A stretch of 63,653 nucleotides of DNA, counting the filler, from Folioceros fuciformis (Eukaryota): assembly GCA_049999805.1 (NCBI GenBank). It is 8 parts of 8 records of this genome, joined end to end, with 100 filler letters (N's around TTAATTAATTAA, not from the genome) between each part and the next. Parts side by side here need not be neighbours in the genome. Positions count along the whole stretch, not along the records: positions 1 to 21,826 come from JBNGIO010005850.1; 7 more parts are not named here. One strand, given 5' to 3'. The notes beneath the pieces were generated by a model. That model was not told where the DNA came from. It worked only from the letters and a program-made list of their open reading frames with translations, and did no database searches. Shown here one piece after another: positions 1 to 12,900 of this stretch. A program made the position numbers and the translations under genes. Every line of letters starts with the position of its first letter. Position 1 is the first letter of the stretch.

Positions 1-1860
1 CTCCTTATTCAGTGGGGGAAAAACTTACGGTTGAGCAATCTCTGTAGTTTGAAGCTGATAAAGAAGAAATGTCCACTGTTCCCTACGCAGAAGCTGTTGG
101 ATGCTTAATTTTCTGTGCAAACTGGACTAGGCCAAATATTTCTTATGCCGCCAGTGTTGTTTCACCCCTCTTCTTGGTTCAAGTGGAAGCAAGAAGTTCA
201 TTCTCTCATCCTTTGCAAATGCGGACTAGGCAGCCGATGCCGATACTAGACGAAGCTTATCTGCATATGTATGCATATTAGCTTCCGGGGCTGTCAACTG
301 GTCATGTAAAAAACAAGCATCGTTGGCACTCTCTTCTACAGAGGCCGAATATAAGGCATTAACGAACGCTTGTAAAGAAGTGGAATGGGAATGACAGTAC
401 CTGGATTCTGTCAAGTTGACGCAGACTGAGGCCACCCCTTTGTTCTGTGATAATATGTCAGCTATCGCCCTTGTGGCTAATCCTAGATTCCATGCGAGAA
501 CAAAGCATATTGAACTTTATCACCATTACATTAGGGATGTTGCAGAACGTGGTTTAGTTCATGTACAATATGTGGCAACATCAGAAAATGTTGCTGATAT
601 CCTGACAAAAGGTCTTCCACAACCAAGACATGTTCAGCATCTTGCGTCTTTGGGTCTTAGGGAGTTTCAGCTCCCCATCCCTATTTCTAAATCCTGATTT
701 CTTACATTAAAAGGGAGAGTGAAGTGGATCTGATTTATTGAATCTGATTTATTGAAGCAAGAATGATCTGAGCTTACTTAGCTAATTTTTAGCTTCACTC
801 TCCTATGCTCTTCTGGATCAGGGTGCCTGCAAGAGTGTTGGACATCAACAGAAAGTACATGGCTGCTGTCAGTTCAATGGATGAAGCATCATGGTTACAA
901 ATCCAATCGTGAGCTTGGTTAGCAGCAACTGGGTTAGGAGCAAAGTCACGCTTTAACATAAGGCCACAACAGNNNNNNNNNNNNNNNNNNNNNNNNNNNN
1001 NNNNNNNNNNNNNNNNNNNNNNNNNNNNNNNNNNNNNNNNNNNNNNNNNNNNNNNNNNNNNNNNNNNNNNNNCTATGAGAAGGCCAACGAGTTCTTCTGC
1101 CACAGTTTGAGTTTGGAGCAGCAATCTTGAGAGCTCTAGGTTTTTTTTTTTGTTTCATAGATGTCTTGCAGATGCAACAGGTGCCGGGAATCAGCGGTCG
1201 TTGGCCAATTGGGCATCGAACTCTCTCCTCCTGTTGGCGCTGCAAGTTGCGGCTTCTTCTTTTCTCGATTCCACTGGCCAGCACTCCTGGCCGGGTGGCT
1301 CTCATGTTCAAGGCTGCTGGGCGCGCTGTCCACAACACACGACGTCTCCATGCTTGCTTGCTCCCTCTCCTATTGGAGATGGTGCCAGGAGCGAGTGATC
1401 AGACCATTCTCCTCTGCTGGGTTGTCAATTTGAGTCCAGATTGTGGCGCTGGGGTGCTGCGGCTGATCGCGTCGGTAGTGGTGATGGTGGGTGCTGTTGG
1501 CGCGCCGTGCTTGTGCTTTTAAACTCTGAAGATCGCACGCTGGTGCTCGTCCTGCTGCCATCGCGAGGGCCATGTGTGTGTTTGGCTTGTGTGCGAGGAG
1601 TTATTGTGCCGCGTGTGCCGTGGTTGGTGGTTTTTCGTGTGTATACGTGCATGTACGATGCTGTGTGCGTATTTATGGCTTATACCTCTTTTAACCTCGT
1701 TAAGTTAAGTGGGGGTGTTAAGGTGGAATTGTTTTAACTTAACTCGGTAGGTTAGTCTAATTTTTATTTAGGGTTAGACTTAACCTAGTATATAAATACA
1801 TACACAAATGTTTTATTATTATTTAATATACAACTTTTGATATAAGCTTCCGCTATTACA
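1..1860 (+). mobile_element. 3' part of a Ty1/Copia LTR retrotransposon (element 0): RT end/RNase H, ~1 kb extra 3' region, PPT, short 3' LTR
   Basis: PYAEAVGCL, KKQASLALSSTEAEYKAL, FCDNMSAIALVANPRFHARTKHIE and ENVADILTK motifs (to 697, disrupted). PPT AAGTGGGGG (~1707-1715) is followed by an AT-rich TGTT...TACA segment (1716-1860) with TATATAAA. Confidence 0.85.
1716..1860 (+). repeat. Putative 3' LTR (~145 bp) of element 0
   Basis: Starts TG directly after the PPT, ends CA and has a TATA box. No partner LTR in the window, so the right end is approximate. Confidence 0.6.
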
Positions 1861-2167
1861 AACAGGTTAGGTACTTACTCGCTCACTGGCAGAGATGTAG
1901 TGTTGGCAGAGATGTAGTGTAGATGATGCGCTTGGTTGACAAGAATTCTAAGCAAGTGAGGCTTTGCTGTCGCAGGTACTTCAATAATTTCGGTTTAAGC
2001 GTTGTGGACTCGGCTGAGCTCATGGCTGAGATTTTGCATGGGTCGGGTAATGATAATGGGACTTCACGGTATGAAGGAAAGGGGTTTTTGCGATGGGACT
2101 CATTTGTGTCCCTCACTTTTCTCGGTGAGCGGGGAGTTTAGAGGTAGCCAATGGTCATGGTGGAGAT

Positions 2168-3969
2168 GTGACACCGGAACCTCCCAGGGCTGGTCACTTT
2201 GTGAATCCTTTTGAAGGCCGGATTGCTCCACCCGGCGATCAAGTCTCCTGGGAAGATGGTGGTGACAGACAGAAAGGAGTTCAGTCAATTTCTTGTCATG
2301 AGATCATGCCTCTAGAAGACATGGGTTCTGCAGTGGAGAGTCGAAGTGGACGTTTCAGGCAGGTCCAGGAAGTGGAATACAGCAAGCATTTTGAACTAGA
2401 TAGGGAGAGGGCGTTGGGTGAACTGAGTCCAAAGATCCTTTCTGTATACGAAACTCGACGCGCTGAGCAGGACAACGCTGGTGAAATGACTCCACCATTT
2501 CTCAGGAAATCACTTTCGTCCCTGTCCTGTTCGAGGACCTCCGCTGAGAAAGCTGCAGCCAAAGTTGACTCGCAGATGCAAAGTCAAATAGAATCCCGAG
2601 AAGTGGACCTCCTTCTAGCCGCAGGCAGATCTGGCCAGATTCTCCTAAAAGTCCACAAGTGAAAAAGAGTGCACCTCAACCTGCTGTAGATTTCTCCGGG
2701 CCTGTCTCCAGACCTGAAGATGCCAGATTGTGCCAAAGCCCGATGCCCCTCCCAGGTGTCCCCTCGGTCGGACTGGCGGCTGTCCAAGAAAGCAACTGTG
2801 GCTGGAAAGGTTGTACCAGACAGTCTTGGCATGATGATTCCAGCAGATTGTATACTCCTCAGGGGTCGTGTTTGCTTCGTCAGGGTAGGCATCACTGTAA
2901 TAGCAGGTAGCGCAGCAACAGATAGGCCATATGCTGAGGCCGTGGTCAAGCGGTGTGGGATGGAACATGTGGTGATCGGTGGAGCAGGGGAAGATCGTGC
3001 AATTTCTCTTCTGGAACAGGAGCTTGAGTTTGTTGTGAGGACTCTGAAGACAGTCGATCCCATGGGTGCAGGTTTCTTCATGTGGTTTCATTGTCTGGAT
3101 ATGGCTTCACTGGTTTTGCTGTTCCATATCCATCCAGCTGCAGCTCTCAAAGTAGGCTTGCTCATTGCTTTCAGATTCGAATTTCTGTGGCCATTGATGC
3201 TGGACTGCGAGAGGCGCCGAGGCTTTACTTCTGTTTCACTGGTGATGGTGCAGACGAGCTGTTTGCAGGGTGAGATGTCATACCATGTTGTGCCGTGATT
3301 CATGGTATGATGCAAACATTTTTACCCTGGCCTAACATTCTCAACATGTGCAGGTACAACTTCGTTGACTCCATGGCCGAAGAGAGGTTCAACAGTTACC
3401 AGAAGCATATCGTCAACGTCATGCAGTTCTCCTCGTTGCCACTAGGAGCGGCACTGGGGATTGAGGTAAGTTGACTTGCATGGTCCACCTCTGGCTTGAT
3501 CGGAATTCAAATCGGTTCTGAGGTTGCGATGATCCGCCTGATCCAGGTTCGTCAGCGGAATTTGCACGCTACGGTTGGGAAGTATGCTTCAAAGCTCTCT
3601 AGAACCGACCTGATCGGGGTTACAGGGAACGGCTCAGACATTCAGGGGAAGCTCATTTTGAGGCAAGCGTTCCCAGGAGTGTATTCTGCATGGAGGAGGA
3701 AGGACTTCATAGAGGTTGCCAAATGGCCCAAAAATGGGCTCCCAACCATAAGCGTCCAACACCGACCATCTCCAGAGGTACGATTCCCACAGCTCATTCA
3801 AGGCCTCCGGATCCTGCCACCCAGAGTTGTGCGACCACTCCGGTCCACAGGTCACTCGAAATTGCAGGGTCAGCAGGCCCCGAGGCTGCCCATTTCCACC
3901 GCAACATGTATCCGGTGTGGAAGAGCATCACTTCTCAACGAGGTCAGTGGTCTCTACTGCTCTCCATAA
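2168..3969 (+). CDS. Multi-exon gene or pseudogene of unknown family
   Basis: Phase-consistent GT-AG introns 3113-3174, 3270-3353 and 3466-3546 join ...HCLDMASL/IRISVAIDAG...ELFAG/YNFVDSMAEERF...LGIE/VRQRNLHATV.... Upstream ORF 2168-2662 is in the same frame as 2720 but separated by stops. Confidence 0.5.
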
Positions 3970-4587
3970 GAAACATGAATCTGGTTCACACACTTCCACA
4001 TCAACGCGCTGCAGGCACAAATCAAAACCTTGCAGGCAACATCAGTTTGTGGTTCCCGTCGCATACTCGGGTTTTTGCACCCGTTCTCTGTACCTGCATT
4101 TCCATGCCAGGCTTTCCGTACCCGGGATGAAAGGATACCAAACCCGTCAGTTTGAAGTCCAGGTTTCAAACCCTAAACCCTAAATCGTGTTGGACTTCAA
4201 ACCCTAAACTCTAAATCTTGAACCGTTAATTCTCAAAGCTTTTGATGAGTTTGCTTCGTAAGCTATCCTAAAAGCTAAATCTGAATATGAGGGTTCAAAT
4301 ATGGTCTTACATGTTTCAGCATATGTTGTTTTAATGAAATCCAACTTTTTTTTTTACCATCTCAAATTGTATTTTATATAGTGGTGCTTCTAAGGGATTA
4401 CTATGTATGGAGCTTCTAGATCTGTATTCTAAAAGCCATAGCCAAGTTGTTGGTATCACTACTTTTAGCAACATAGGTTCCATTGGTTCTTCTATTTTGC
4501 CTAGCTGCTGCTGCACCATCCTTGTATATGTCAAGGAGTTTTTCAAGTTTTACAACATGTTTACAGATAAAACCTTTGTTCCCCATT

Positions 4588-4764
4588 AGACATGAGCATG
4601 TAGCCCAAGGAGACATAACCATGTAGCCCAAGGAGACATGAGCATGTCGCCCAAGGAGACATGAGCATGTAGCCCAAGGAGACATGAGCATGTAGCCCAA
4701 GGAGANNNNNNNNNNACATGAGCATGTAGCCCAAGGAGACATGAGCATGTAGCCCAAGGAGAGT
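4588..4764. repeat. 23-bp minisatellite (ACATGAGCATGTAGCCCAAGGAG)n, about 7 visible copies, spanning a 10-N gap
   Basis: Direct tandem copies visible. The unit is the SPWATCSC segment of the SWIM finger. Confidence 0.9.
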
Positions 4765-4859
4765 AACCATGTTCAATCACATACCACAAGTTAGGGGTCG
4801 ATGAAGACAATCAATGTGCAGCAACATTTTTGGGATACGGTAAAATAATTGAGCTAATA

Positions 4860-4976
4860 GAAATAGTTTCTGCATCCTTCATATGATAAAGGAATAGTTT
4901 CTGCATCCTTCATATGATAAAGGAATAGTTTCTGCATCCTTCATATGATAAAGGAATAGTTTGTGCATCCTTCATA
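4860..4976. repeat. 31-bp tandem repeat (GGAATAGTTTCTGCATCCTTCATATGATAAA), ~3.7 copies
   Basis: Direct tandem copies abutting the Copia B insertion site. Confidence 0.9.
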
Positions 4977-5460
4977 TTATAACATACACTTATTAGGGCA
5001 CTATTTAGGGTACCTTTACTTAAACATAGGGCAATAAGTAGTTTCCGTAGATAGTTATTTAGGTGGTTAGTTGTTATATTGGTTATATAGTTGTTACCAC
5101 TCAACTTCCTCTACTATATAAACACTTTGTACTTTGTATTATCAATGAATGCAACAAGCAACTTGTGCAAGTGTTTGTGCGTGATTTTCATCATGGTATT
5201 AGAGCTTTGGCCTCTTTATGCTTGTGGGCATTGCTTCTCCCTCCTAGAGCATCAATTCCTCAATGCATTTCGTACTAGAAGATCATTTAATTGCCTCATT
5301 TGCTACATGGAGGCTTCACTTTGGGCAGCAATTGTATATCTTTTATCTTGTATACTAATCATGCACAACTTGTGCATCACATCCTTGTTTTCTCACCATA
5401 GACTCTTCAGATCATGGTAGATAAGGACAATGGAGGAGATTCAAAGCAACAAAGGAGGAG

Positions 5461-5973
5461 ATGCATCAAGAGGACTACAAACTCAATCTCCTCGTCAAAC
5501 AAGACAGCAGAATCTGCATTCGAAACGACATAGAAGATTTTTCCAAATGTGTCTCTAATTTCATTGCAGCCACTTTGATCAAGTCTCACAATCAAGGAGA
5601 GCTAATCAAGATGGCTAGAAGGGAGTTGTTTTCTTCTTTTAGTCCAATCCAAGTTAGAGCCGTAGAATTGTCTCTTCAACACATTCCTAACTGGAGTGCA
5701 GGTCCTCTATCTTCCATTTGCCATAATCTGCTTACAAACATCAAAACAGATATAGAACATGGCCAAGCCAGCACAGATGACAAGTATAGACTAATTCTTC
5801 AAAAATTCAGTCATCTTAGTAATGGTCTTTATAGATTAGACCTCCAAGTATCGCATCTATCTCATAGATCCCTCCAGAAATCCCATAACATATATGCGTG
5901 TGCAGGTCTTGATTCTGATAAAGATGCAAATTCTCAAGATCATGTGACCTCCTCCAAGAATGCACGCACATGA
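5461..5973 (+). CDS. Extra ORF0 of Copia B (coiled-coil protein, 170 aa)
   Basis: Open frame between PBS and gag remnant. Segment IEHGQASTDDKYRLILQKFSHLSNGLYRLDLQVSHL aligns ungapped to ORF0 at 43668. Confidence 0.6.
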   Translation: MHQEDYKLNLLVKQDSRICIRNDIEDFSKCVSNFIAATLIKSHNQGELIKMARRELFSSFSPIQVRAVELSLQHIPNWSAGPLSSICHNLLTNIKTDIEHGQASTDDKYRLILQKFSHLSNGLYRLDLQVSHLSHRSLQKSHNIYACAGLDSDKDANSQDHVTSSKNART

Positions 5974-8900
5974 CGTAGTCAAGTCCTCTAATCACCTACA
6001 ACAATGGCTGGACGGGATGACAAACCCTAAACCCTATAGAATACAATTATTCTCATATTGTAGAAACATCTTCAAGCATACCTTCCAAAGCTAATAAAAA
6101 GAACGGGATCAAATGCAATCTGTGCAAGATCCCCAATCACATGGAGAAGGACTATAGAAAGAAGAAGAATCGCATGCCTAGGAAGGAGGTCGCACCTGGA
6201 GCACATGTTGCGGTGAAGAAACGATCTTCAGCAACACCAATATCATCTCTCACTTTATGCTTGGCATCATCAAAGCCAACAAACCAATATTGATACTTGT
6301 ACAATGGAGCCACATTACACATCTGTCACAACAAAAACATTTTTAAGTCTTATTTGCCAGCCACAGGACACCAGACTGTCCTACTGGGCGATGACCACAA
6401 CCTCCCCATCTCTAGTGTAGGTTTCGTCGTTCGCAGATGTAAGCTTTCAGGCCAAGTTCTCTCTCTCTCTCATGTCCTTCATGTACCATCCCTATGCAAA
6501 AATCTAGTGTTTTCTGCTAGTTTATGTTTAGAACATACTAGTCAAATTTCCTTTTTTTGCAGATAGTTGCCTTATCCTCCACATTAGAGGTAGGTAATAC
6601 ATCATTTGCATAGGGTCACTAGAATACGGGCTATATAGACTCTTAGTCCAAGTGGGTACCACACATTCAAGAAATGTATCGTCCCAAAATTCTACAAAAC
6701 CATCCCAAACCATGTTTTGGAATTGTCATTTCGGTCATCCAAATGGCCAAAAACAAGTCCAAATGTCTAAAGGCAACCTGTATAGAACTCCTTGCCTCTC
6801 CAAAATTCAACACCTTCCATGGTGTGAAGCTTGTATCATTACCAAAAGATACCAAGCTCTCTTCTAGAACATCTCCCCACAGAGAGCTACTTTACCTCTT
6901 GAGCTTGTTCATATAGACATTTTTGGACCCATCTTTGCATCTTCTTTCAGTGGTTGCAGATACTTTTTGACCAAGTTCATCGACGACTGCTCCTGCTTTA
7001 CTCCTATCTATATTCTCATCCACAAAAATGATGCTTATCATTTCTTCAAGGATTATATGGCATGGGAGGAGAGATCGACAGATAACAAACTCAAGACGTT
7101 ATGTTCCGACAATGCCGAGTTGATATCAAATAATTTTGCTGATTTTTGTCAAGCGGAAGGTATAGCTCAACAATTCACTATTGTACACACTTCTCAGCAA
7201 ACTGGTGTAGCAAAAAATGAGAAATTACGCCTCCAAAAGATCATTGGCTGCTTATTGACCCAATCTCATCTTTCTAAAGCTTATTGGGCGGAGGCTATTC
7301 TTACAACCATATGTCCCATAAACATATTGCCAACATATATAGTTAATGGTATGACTCCATATAAAGCCTTTATTGGTAAAAAGCCTATCATCGATCATCT
7401 TCGAAATTTTGGATCACTTGCATATGTCTTTCTTCATAAAGAACCATGCACAAAGTTAGATCATAAGGCTGCTAAATACAGCTTTATTGGCTATACGGAA
7501 GGCATCAAGGGCTACAAACTAAATGATTTTTCCATAAGAAAGCTCCTATCTACACCAAGCATAACTTTTCACGAGTCTCACCTATTTTCTCTTTCAGTGG
7601 GAGCTAATGACTCTAGTCCTCCTAAAGACGATGAGGACCCTAAATACTCCTCTTTTGATGATATTGATCATATTACACTCTCCTGCTTTTTGTTGGACCT
7701 ATTATGTAGGAGGAGGAGAAGTAAGCATCAATTCCACAACTAGATATACCTCCACCAAGTATACATGAACCCTCGACATCTCGAGGACATTCTCGACACC
7801 TCAGACATCAAACCAGATGACCCTGACTCTCCTACATAGGAATCAGCATATCAGGAGGTGGTAGAAGATGTAGAATTTGAAGTTGCACAACTTGCACCAA
7901 GGTACAACATGAGATTACGACCTGACATTTTAAGACTTGCAGGATGGAAATTTGAACCTCCTTTGGGATACCATCATTGATGATCCAACTATTTTCCCGT
8001 ATCACTTTATTCACGAGTACTTTACAAAGCCACAACTGATCCCAAGGAGCTTCTCACCTTGAAACAAGGTTTCTCATCACTTGAAAAAGTCTTATGGAAG
8101 GTAACAGGAGATTCTAAGTATAACTTCATAGTTAAACACTTTGCATGGGAATTAGTTAAGGCACTCAAGGGGAGAAAAATAGTAACCTGCAAATGAGTTT
8201 TCAAAATAAAAAAGGGAAATGGCTCCATTGAGCATTATAAGGCTCGACTTGTGGCTAGAGGAATTACCCATGTTTATGAGTTATACTATCTATTCTACGC
8301 CACATATGCACTGGTAGCCAAGTTTGCTTCCGTTAGAATGATCTTCCTCTTAACCTCACTAGTTGATCTTGCCCTTAACCTCACTAATTGATCTTGCCCT
8401 TCACATGTTAAACGTTAAGACAACTTATCCATATGGTCGTCTCCAAGAGGAAATCTACATGAGGCAACCAAAGGCCTATAAAGTAAAGGACAACGAAGAT
8501 AGGGTTTGCAAATTCATCACATGCATTTACTGCTTGAAGCGATCAGGCAAAGAATGGAAGGTCATAATACATTTCAAGCTAGTTAAGCCAGACTTTAGAC
8601 AAAGCAAGGCTAATGGTAACATATACATATTAATATCACAGAATGATATACTCTACCTTTTAATTTATGTTGTGTTGAGAATGAACCCCCGTTAGGGTTC
8701 ATGGTCATATAAACTGACAAGATGTTAATAATAGTGAATTAGGTTATATGAACAGATGTGAATATACACAAGTTTGGTATAAGACATATTGTGTGATTAA
8801 CCAAAAAAATTATTAGTTTAAGTCTCTATATATTCTCCTGTCATGGTATCAGAGCTCTACCAAGGTTGCACGTGATCCTGGATAGTCTGCCACTAATTTG

Positions 8901-9122
8901 ATCTAGCGAGAACAGATGCATGTGGTGACGAGTTTCACTCGTCACAAAACCCAGTGATCATCAATTTGATGGCCTCTGGGTCTTGTGCTCAGGAAATCTG
9001 TACCACCCACATGATCACGTTAGATAGAAATTTATACAAACTGGTGGACTCAAATAAAAACCTTCTGCTGTGCTAATCTAGCTGCTGGTGAGCAGCAGAA
9101 CATGCTTTCTTAAAGGACAAAG

Positions 9123-9602
9123 ATGACTCGGAGAGGCCGTTCTCGCCCGGAGCGCCCTCCTCCTGCATCTTGCACCCACCACAATTCGAGGCGTCAGCAA
9201 GAATCCACAAGATTTTCCAGAGAATATGATGAAAGTCATCCAGAGTAGGAATTGCAGGAAACTTTCAAGTCTCGTGATACAGATTTACCAGAAATCGTTG
9301 GAGCTTACAAAGTGCTCAACGATCGGCTGGTTAGCACGGAGACAGCGTTGTTGACCGCCCTATCTCGACAAAGTGAGATCACCACTGCCCGTCACGAAGA
9401 GGCCCTTGCTGCGATCGATCCTCTCCTGCGCAAGCATACAACAGTGATTCAGGATTTGCGCACAATCTCAGATTCGGTGGTAGCCCTCACCCAGCAGGCA
9501 TCATCAAATTCTGGAGCACCATCCTCTACAGCTGCACTGCTGCAGTCGCTGATCCCTGCGCGAGAGAAGCTAAGATCCCAAGGGGCACCTCCCGCGCTCT
9601 GA
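9123..9602 (+). pseudogene. Extra ORF0 of Copia A (coiled-coil, one internal TAG)
   Basis: ATG 9123 (MTRRGRSRP...), in-frame TAG 9246-9248, continues as ORF 9252-9602. DLRTISDSVVAL resembles DLRDLQEQISQL of ORF0 at 43668. Confidence 0.55.
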
Positions 9603-9921
9603 AACGGCGCACTTTCTCTGCCAATAGTCTCCTGCGAGAAGGCGCTAAGGACGCAGCTCTGCTCGGGTGCGCTTCATGCCTCTCGGCAGGCGGTTCCCAG
9701 CTCCGGGGATGTCCTTGCACGGGCGACTTCCAGTATTGTCAGGTGGCATCCAACGGGAATCGGTTTTGACGTTTGGAGGCACCTGACCAGCATCTTACCT
9801 CTTCGCAGTTCCTCTTCACTCTTTCGTCTGGCTACCTCCTTAGCATCTCAACCCACTTGTTGAAAAAGATCTTGTGCGGCCTGATCACCCGGATCTGATT
9901 TTCTTCACAAAGTAGGTTAAC

Positions 9922-12900
9922 TTGGCGTCAGGAGGTGGTGGCGAAGGAGGCGGAGGGGGAGGAGGAGGAGGGGGAGTTGGAGGAGTCTCTAATCCTCCTC
10001 TCCCACCTGTTCTAGTCATCCCACAACCGTCTTACTCCTTTGAATTCAAAGAGTGGGACAGGTTTAATGGCACGAAGTTCGAAGGTTGGAAGGTGCGCAT
10101 GACAGCTGCCCTGCAAGCGCGACACGTTTGGGGAGTTGTCACTAGCACGCTTAAACAACCTACTTCCATTGCCACACAAGAGGAAAAGGACAAGTGGGAG
10201 AACCTGAACGCCGTCGCTCATGCCATCTTGATAAGCGGGCTGGATGAGGCTCTTGTCGTTGATGTCGCTTTTCTCACTCAGGCTGATGAGATTTGGAACC
10301 TTCTCCTGCATACATATGAGGCTAAGAATATTCTTACCATGTGTGCTGTTCGGGGAGAACTCTTTCCTCTTCGGCTCAAGGAAGGCGACAAGGTTTCATC
10401 CTTCGTCATCCGCTTTCGACAATTGAGATCCCAGCTCATCGGCCTGGGCTCCCAATTCCCCGAGTTGGATGCTTTAGCCCAGTTGCTCACCTGTCTACCT
10501 GCCAGCTATCAAACATTCGTCTCCAGCTATGGTGCTACCATTCGAGCTGCCAATGCTGCTAGAGCTGCAGGCCAACCCACTAACATCAGCCTCACAGACG
10601 TTATAGGGGCTCTGTTACAGGAGGAGCAAAGCAGGGCTAACACCAGCTCACATGGCGGTCGTACCAAGACCGATAAAGTTCTCTTCACGCAAGGAAAATC
10701 AAATACGAGAACCAAATCAACCTCCGGGGCAGGTTCTTCTAAACCCAGTTCCACAAAGCGTACTGGAGCTTGTAACTGGTGTGGCATTCAAGGCCACAAG
10801 GAACACGAGTGTAGAAAGAAGAAAGGAGGCGAGCCACGCAAAGCTGAGAAGTCTCGACCGGCTGAAGCTCATGTGGCTACTACAAAGGATCGACAGACTT
10901 TGTCAACCTCCACAAAACCTCCTATAGTAATTACAGTTTGTTGTGCATTGACTGCTTCTTCTTTTCCCCACACCTGGTATCTTGACAGTGGGGCTACCTC
11001 TCACATCTGCCATAACGAGTCCTTGTTTAGTCATTACAGGCCTGCTGTAGCCACCAACAAGGTGTTGTTAGGAGATGAGGTTACACGCACAGGACTAAGC
11101 ATTCAAGGTTCCGGTACCTGTCGTTTTCGTCTTCTAGATGGCTCCATCCTTCATTTAGATGACGTTCTGCATGTTCCCCAGATGGCTAAGAATTTGGTTT
11201 CTGTTAGCCAGCTCATGTCTCTTCGCAAGTACAACCTGCTGTTCACTTTGTCTAGCTAAATGCTAACAAAACGAGGAGGAGATAAGCAGGACGTAGCACA
11301 TGGCATTCTGGTCCATGACTTGTATCAACTTGATTTTGTCAGCTTACCTGTCGACACAGCACATGTGGCCAAGTTGTCTCAGGCAGCAGAGGCTAGTCTT
11401 TGGCATGCTAGACTTGGTCACGCTAATCGTGACAAGTTGATAAAGATGTCTCAGCTTTCCTACTATAGAGAGCCCCTGCCAAAATGCTTTAAGGATCTTC
11501 CTTCGTGTGACGCCTGTGTTATAGCCAAGCAAAAGGAGATTCCTTTTCCTAGGGCACCCTCACATCGTACGTCCAACATTCTAGAATTAGTTCATGCAGA
11601 CATATCTGGCAAGATACATATACCTAGTTTGGGAGGTGCACAATATTATTTAACCCTCACAGACGACTACAGCCGTTACTCCTGGACTTACCCTATTGTT
11701 TTGAAGTCCGAGACTTTTACTGTGTTCCAGGAGTGGCTTGTTATGGTGCAGAGGCAAACAGGGTGCTTGCTCACATGTCTCCGCACTGACAACGGCACAG
11801 AATTTGTGAATGCTCACTTTGACCAGTTGTTGCTTGACAGTGGTGTCATCAGGCAGGTGATTGTGCCATACACCCAGCAACAAAATGGAGTTGCTGAGCG
11901 GCGCCATCAGACCCTATTGGGCATGACAAGAAGCATGTTAGAATGGTTTGGCTTGAGCAAGCCTTTCTGGGCGGAAGCAGTGGTAACTGCTACTTACATT
12001 CTGAATTGTCTCTTGACAAGTGCAGTGCCTGGGCAGACTCCCTTTGAAGTCATATGGAGGAGAAAACCCAGCCTTCTTCATCTCATGGTGTTTGGGTCTC
12101 CAGCTTACGTTTATATCCCTACAGAGAAACGCAAGAAACTCGAAGATACGGCAAAGTCTATGCTTTTCCTAGGATATGGCGAAGAAGCAAAGGCATACAA
12201 ATTATATGACACACTTACAAAGATAGCAGTATTTGCTCGCAGTGTGACGTCCAAGGAGCTTCTTTGCCCGGCCAAGCCCTATTTTGATTCTCTGCCACAT
12301 CACCAGGAGTCCGTTACTCACATTGATCTGACAAACATAGATGATTCTTCAGTTTTTCCACAAGATGATGTTCCTTCAGAACCTGGACAGTCCTTAGCAT
12401 CCGTTCCGTTAGTTCCACCTCAAGTTCAGCAGCCAGCTCATGTTCTACCTCCTGTAGCAGGACCCTGTAGCAGTTCCTGTCTCTGCTGATCTTCCCCCTC
12501 AAGATGCTTTGCCGGCTAATCCTCACCCTGAAGATGCTGCAGACCATGCTGATTTTGCAGATGATGTTTCACATACGTCTCTATCAGACTCTGCTAGTGA
12601 CATCTCTGTTGTTGCTGAGGACCCCGCCATCCCTCTTGTTTTTCTTCCAGACCATGAGCCACCTCCTCGTTATCCTACTCGCCAGCGTCTGCCTCCTTCT
12701 CAGTGGGCAGAGCCTCCCTATGCCTCCATAGATTTCCGTAGACTTAGAGCCGGTGTTCCCCTTCCACAGTCTTCACCCTCTCCCTTAGATGCTGGTTCCT
12801 CTGTCAAGCCAGAGCCTCGGTCTTACACAGAAGCTATCGAGGGCCCTGACAAGGATTTTTGGATTCCCTCTATTCAGGATGAGTATCAATCTCTCGTGAA

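Larger units (their letters stand above)
4331..4976 (-). pseudogene. C-terminal part (SWIM zinc finger) of a MULE-type transposase
   Basis: WATCSCLMGNKGFICKHVVK fits the SWIM CxC-x(n)-CxH pattern. It rejoins the 18075 part across Copia B (EETA|MKDAQTIP). Confidence 0.75.

Noticed and set aside
709-760. AAAGGGAGAG|TG as PPT and 3' LTR start of element 0
   Set aside because: No LTR-like end follows. The motif is one arm of an inverted repeat, and a better PPT+LTR lies at ~1707-1860.
4588-4764. CRISPR-like array of 23-bp repeats (also 19724-19912 and 54131-54241)
   Set aside because: Units are head-to-tail with no unique spacers and there are no cas genes; these are eukaryotic minisatellites.
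11257-11259. Programmed readthrough at in-frame stops (also Gypsy TAG 52398)
   Set aside because: The elements carry other random lesions, and the A stop lies after the protease rather than at a gag/pol boundary. Decay is simpler.
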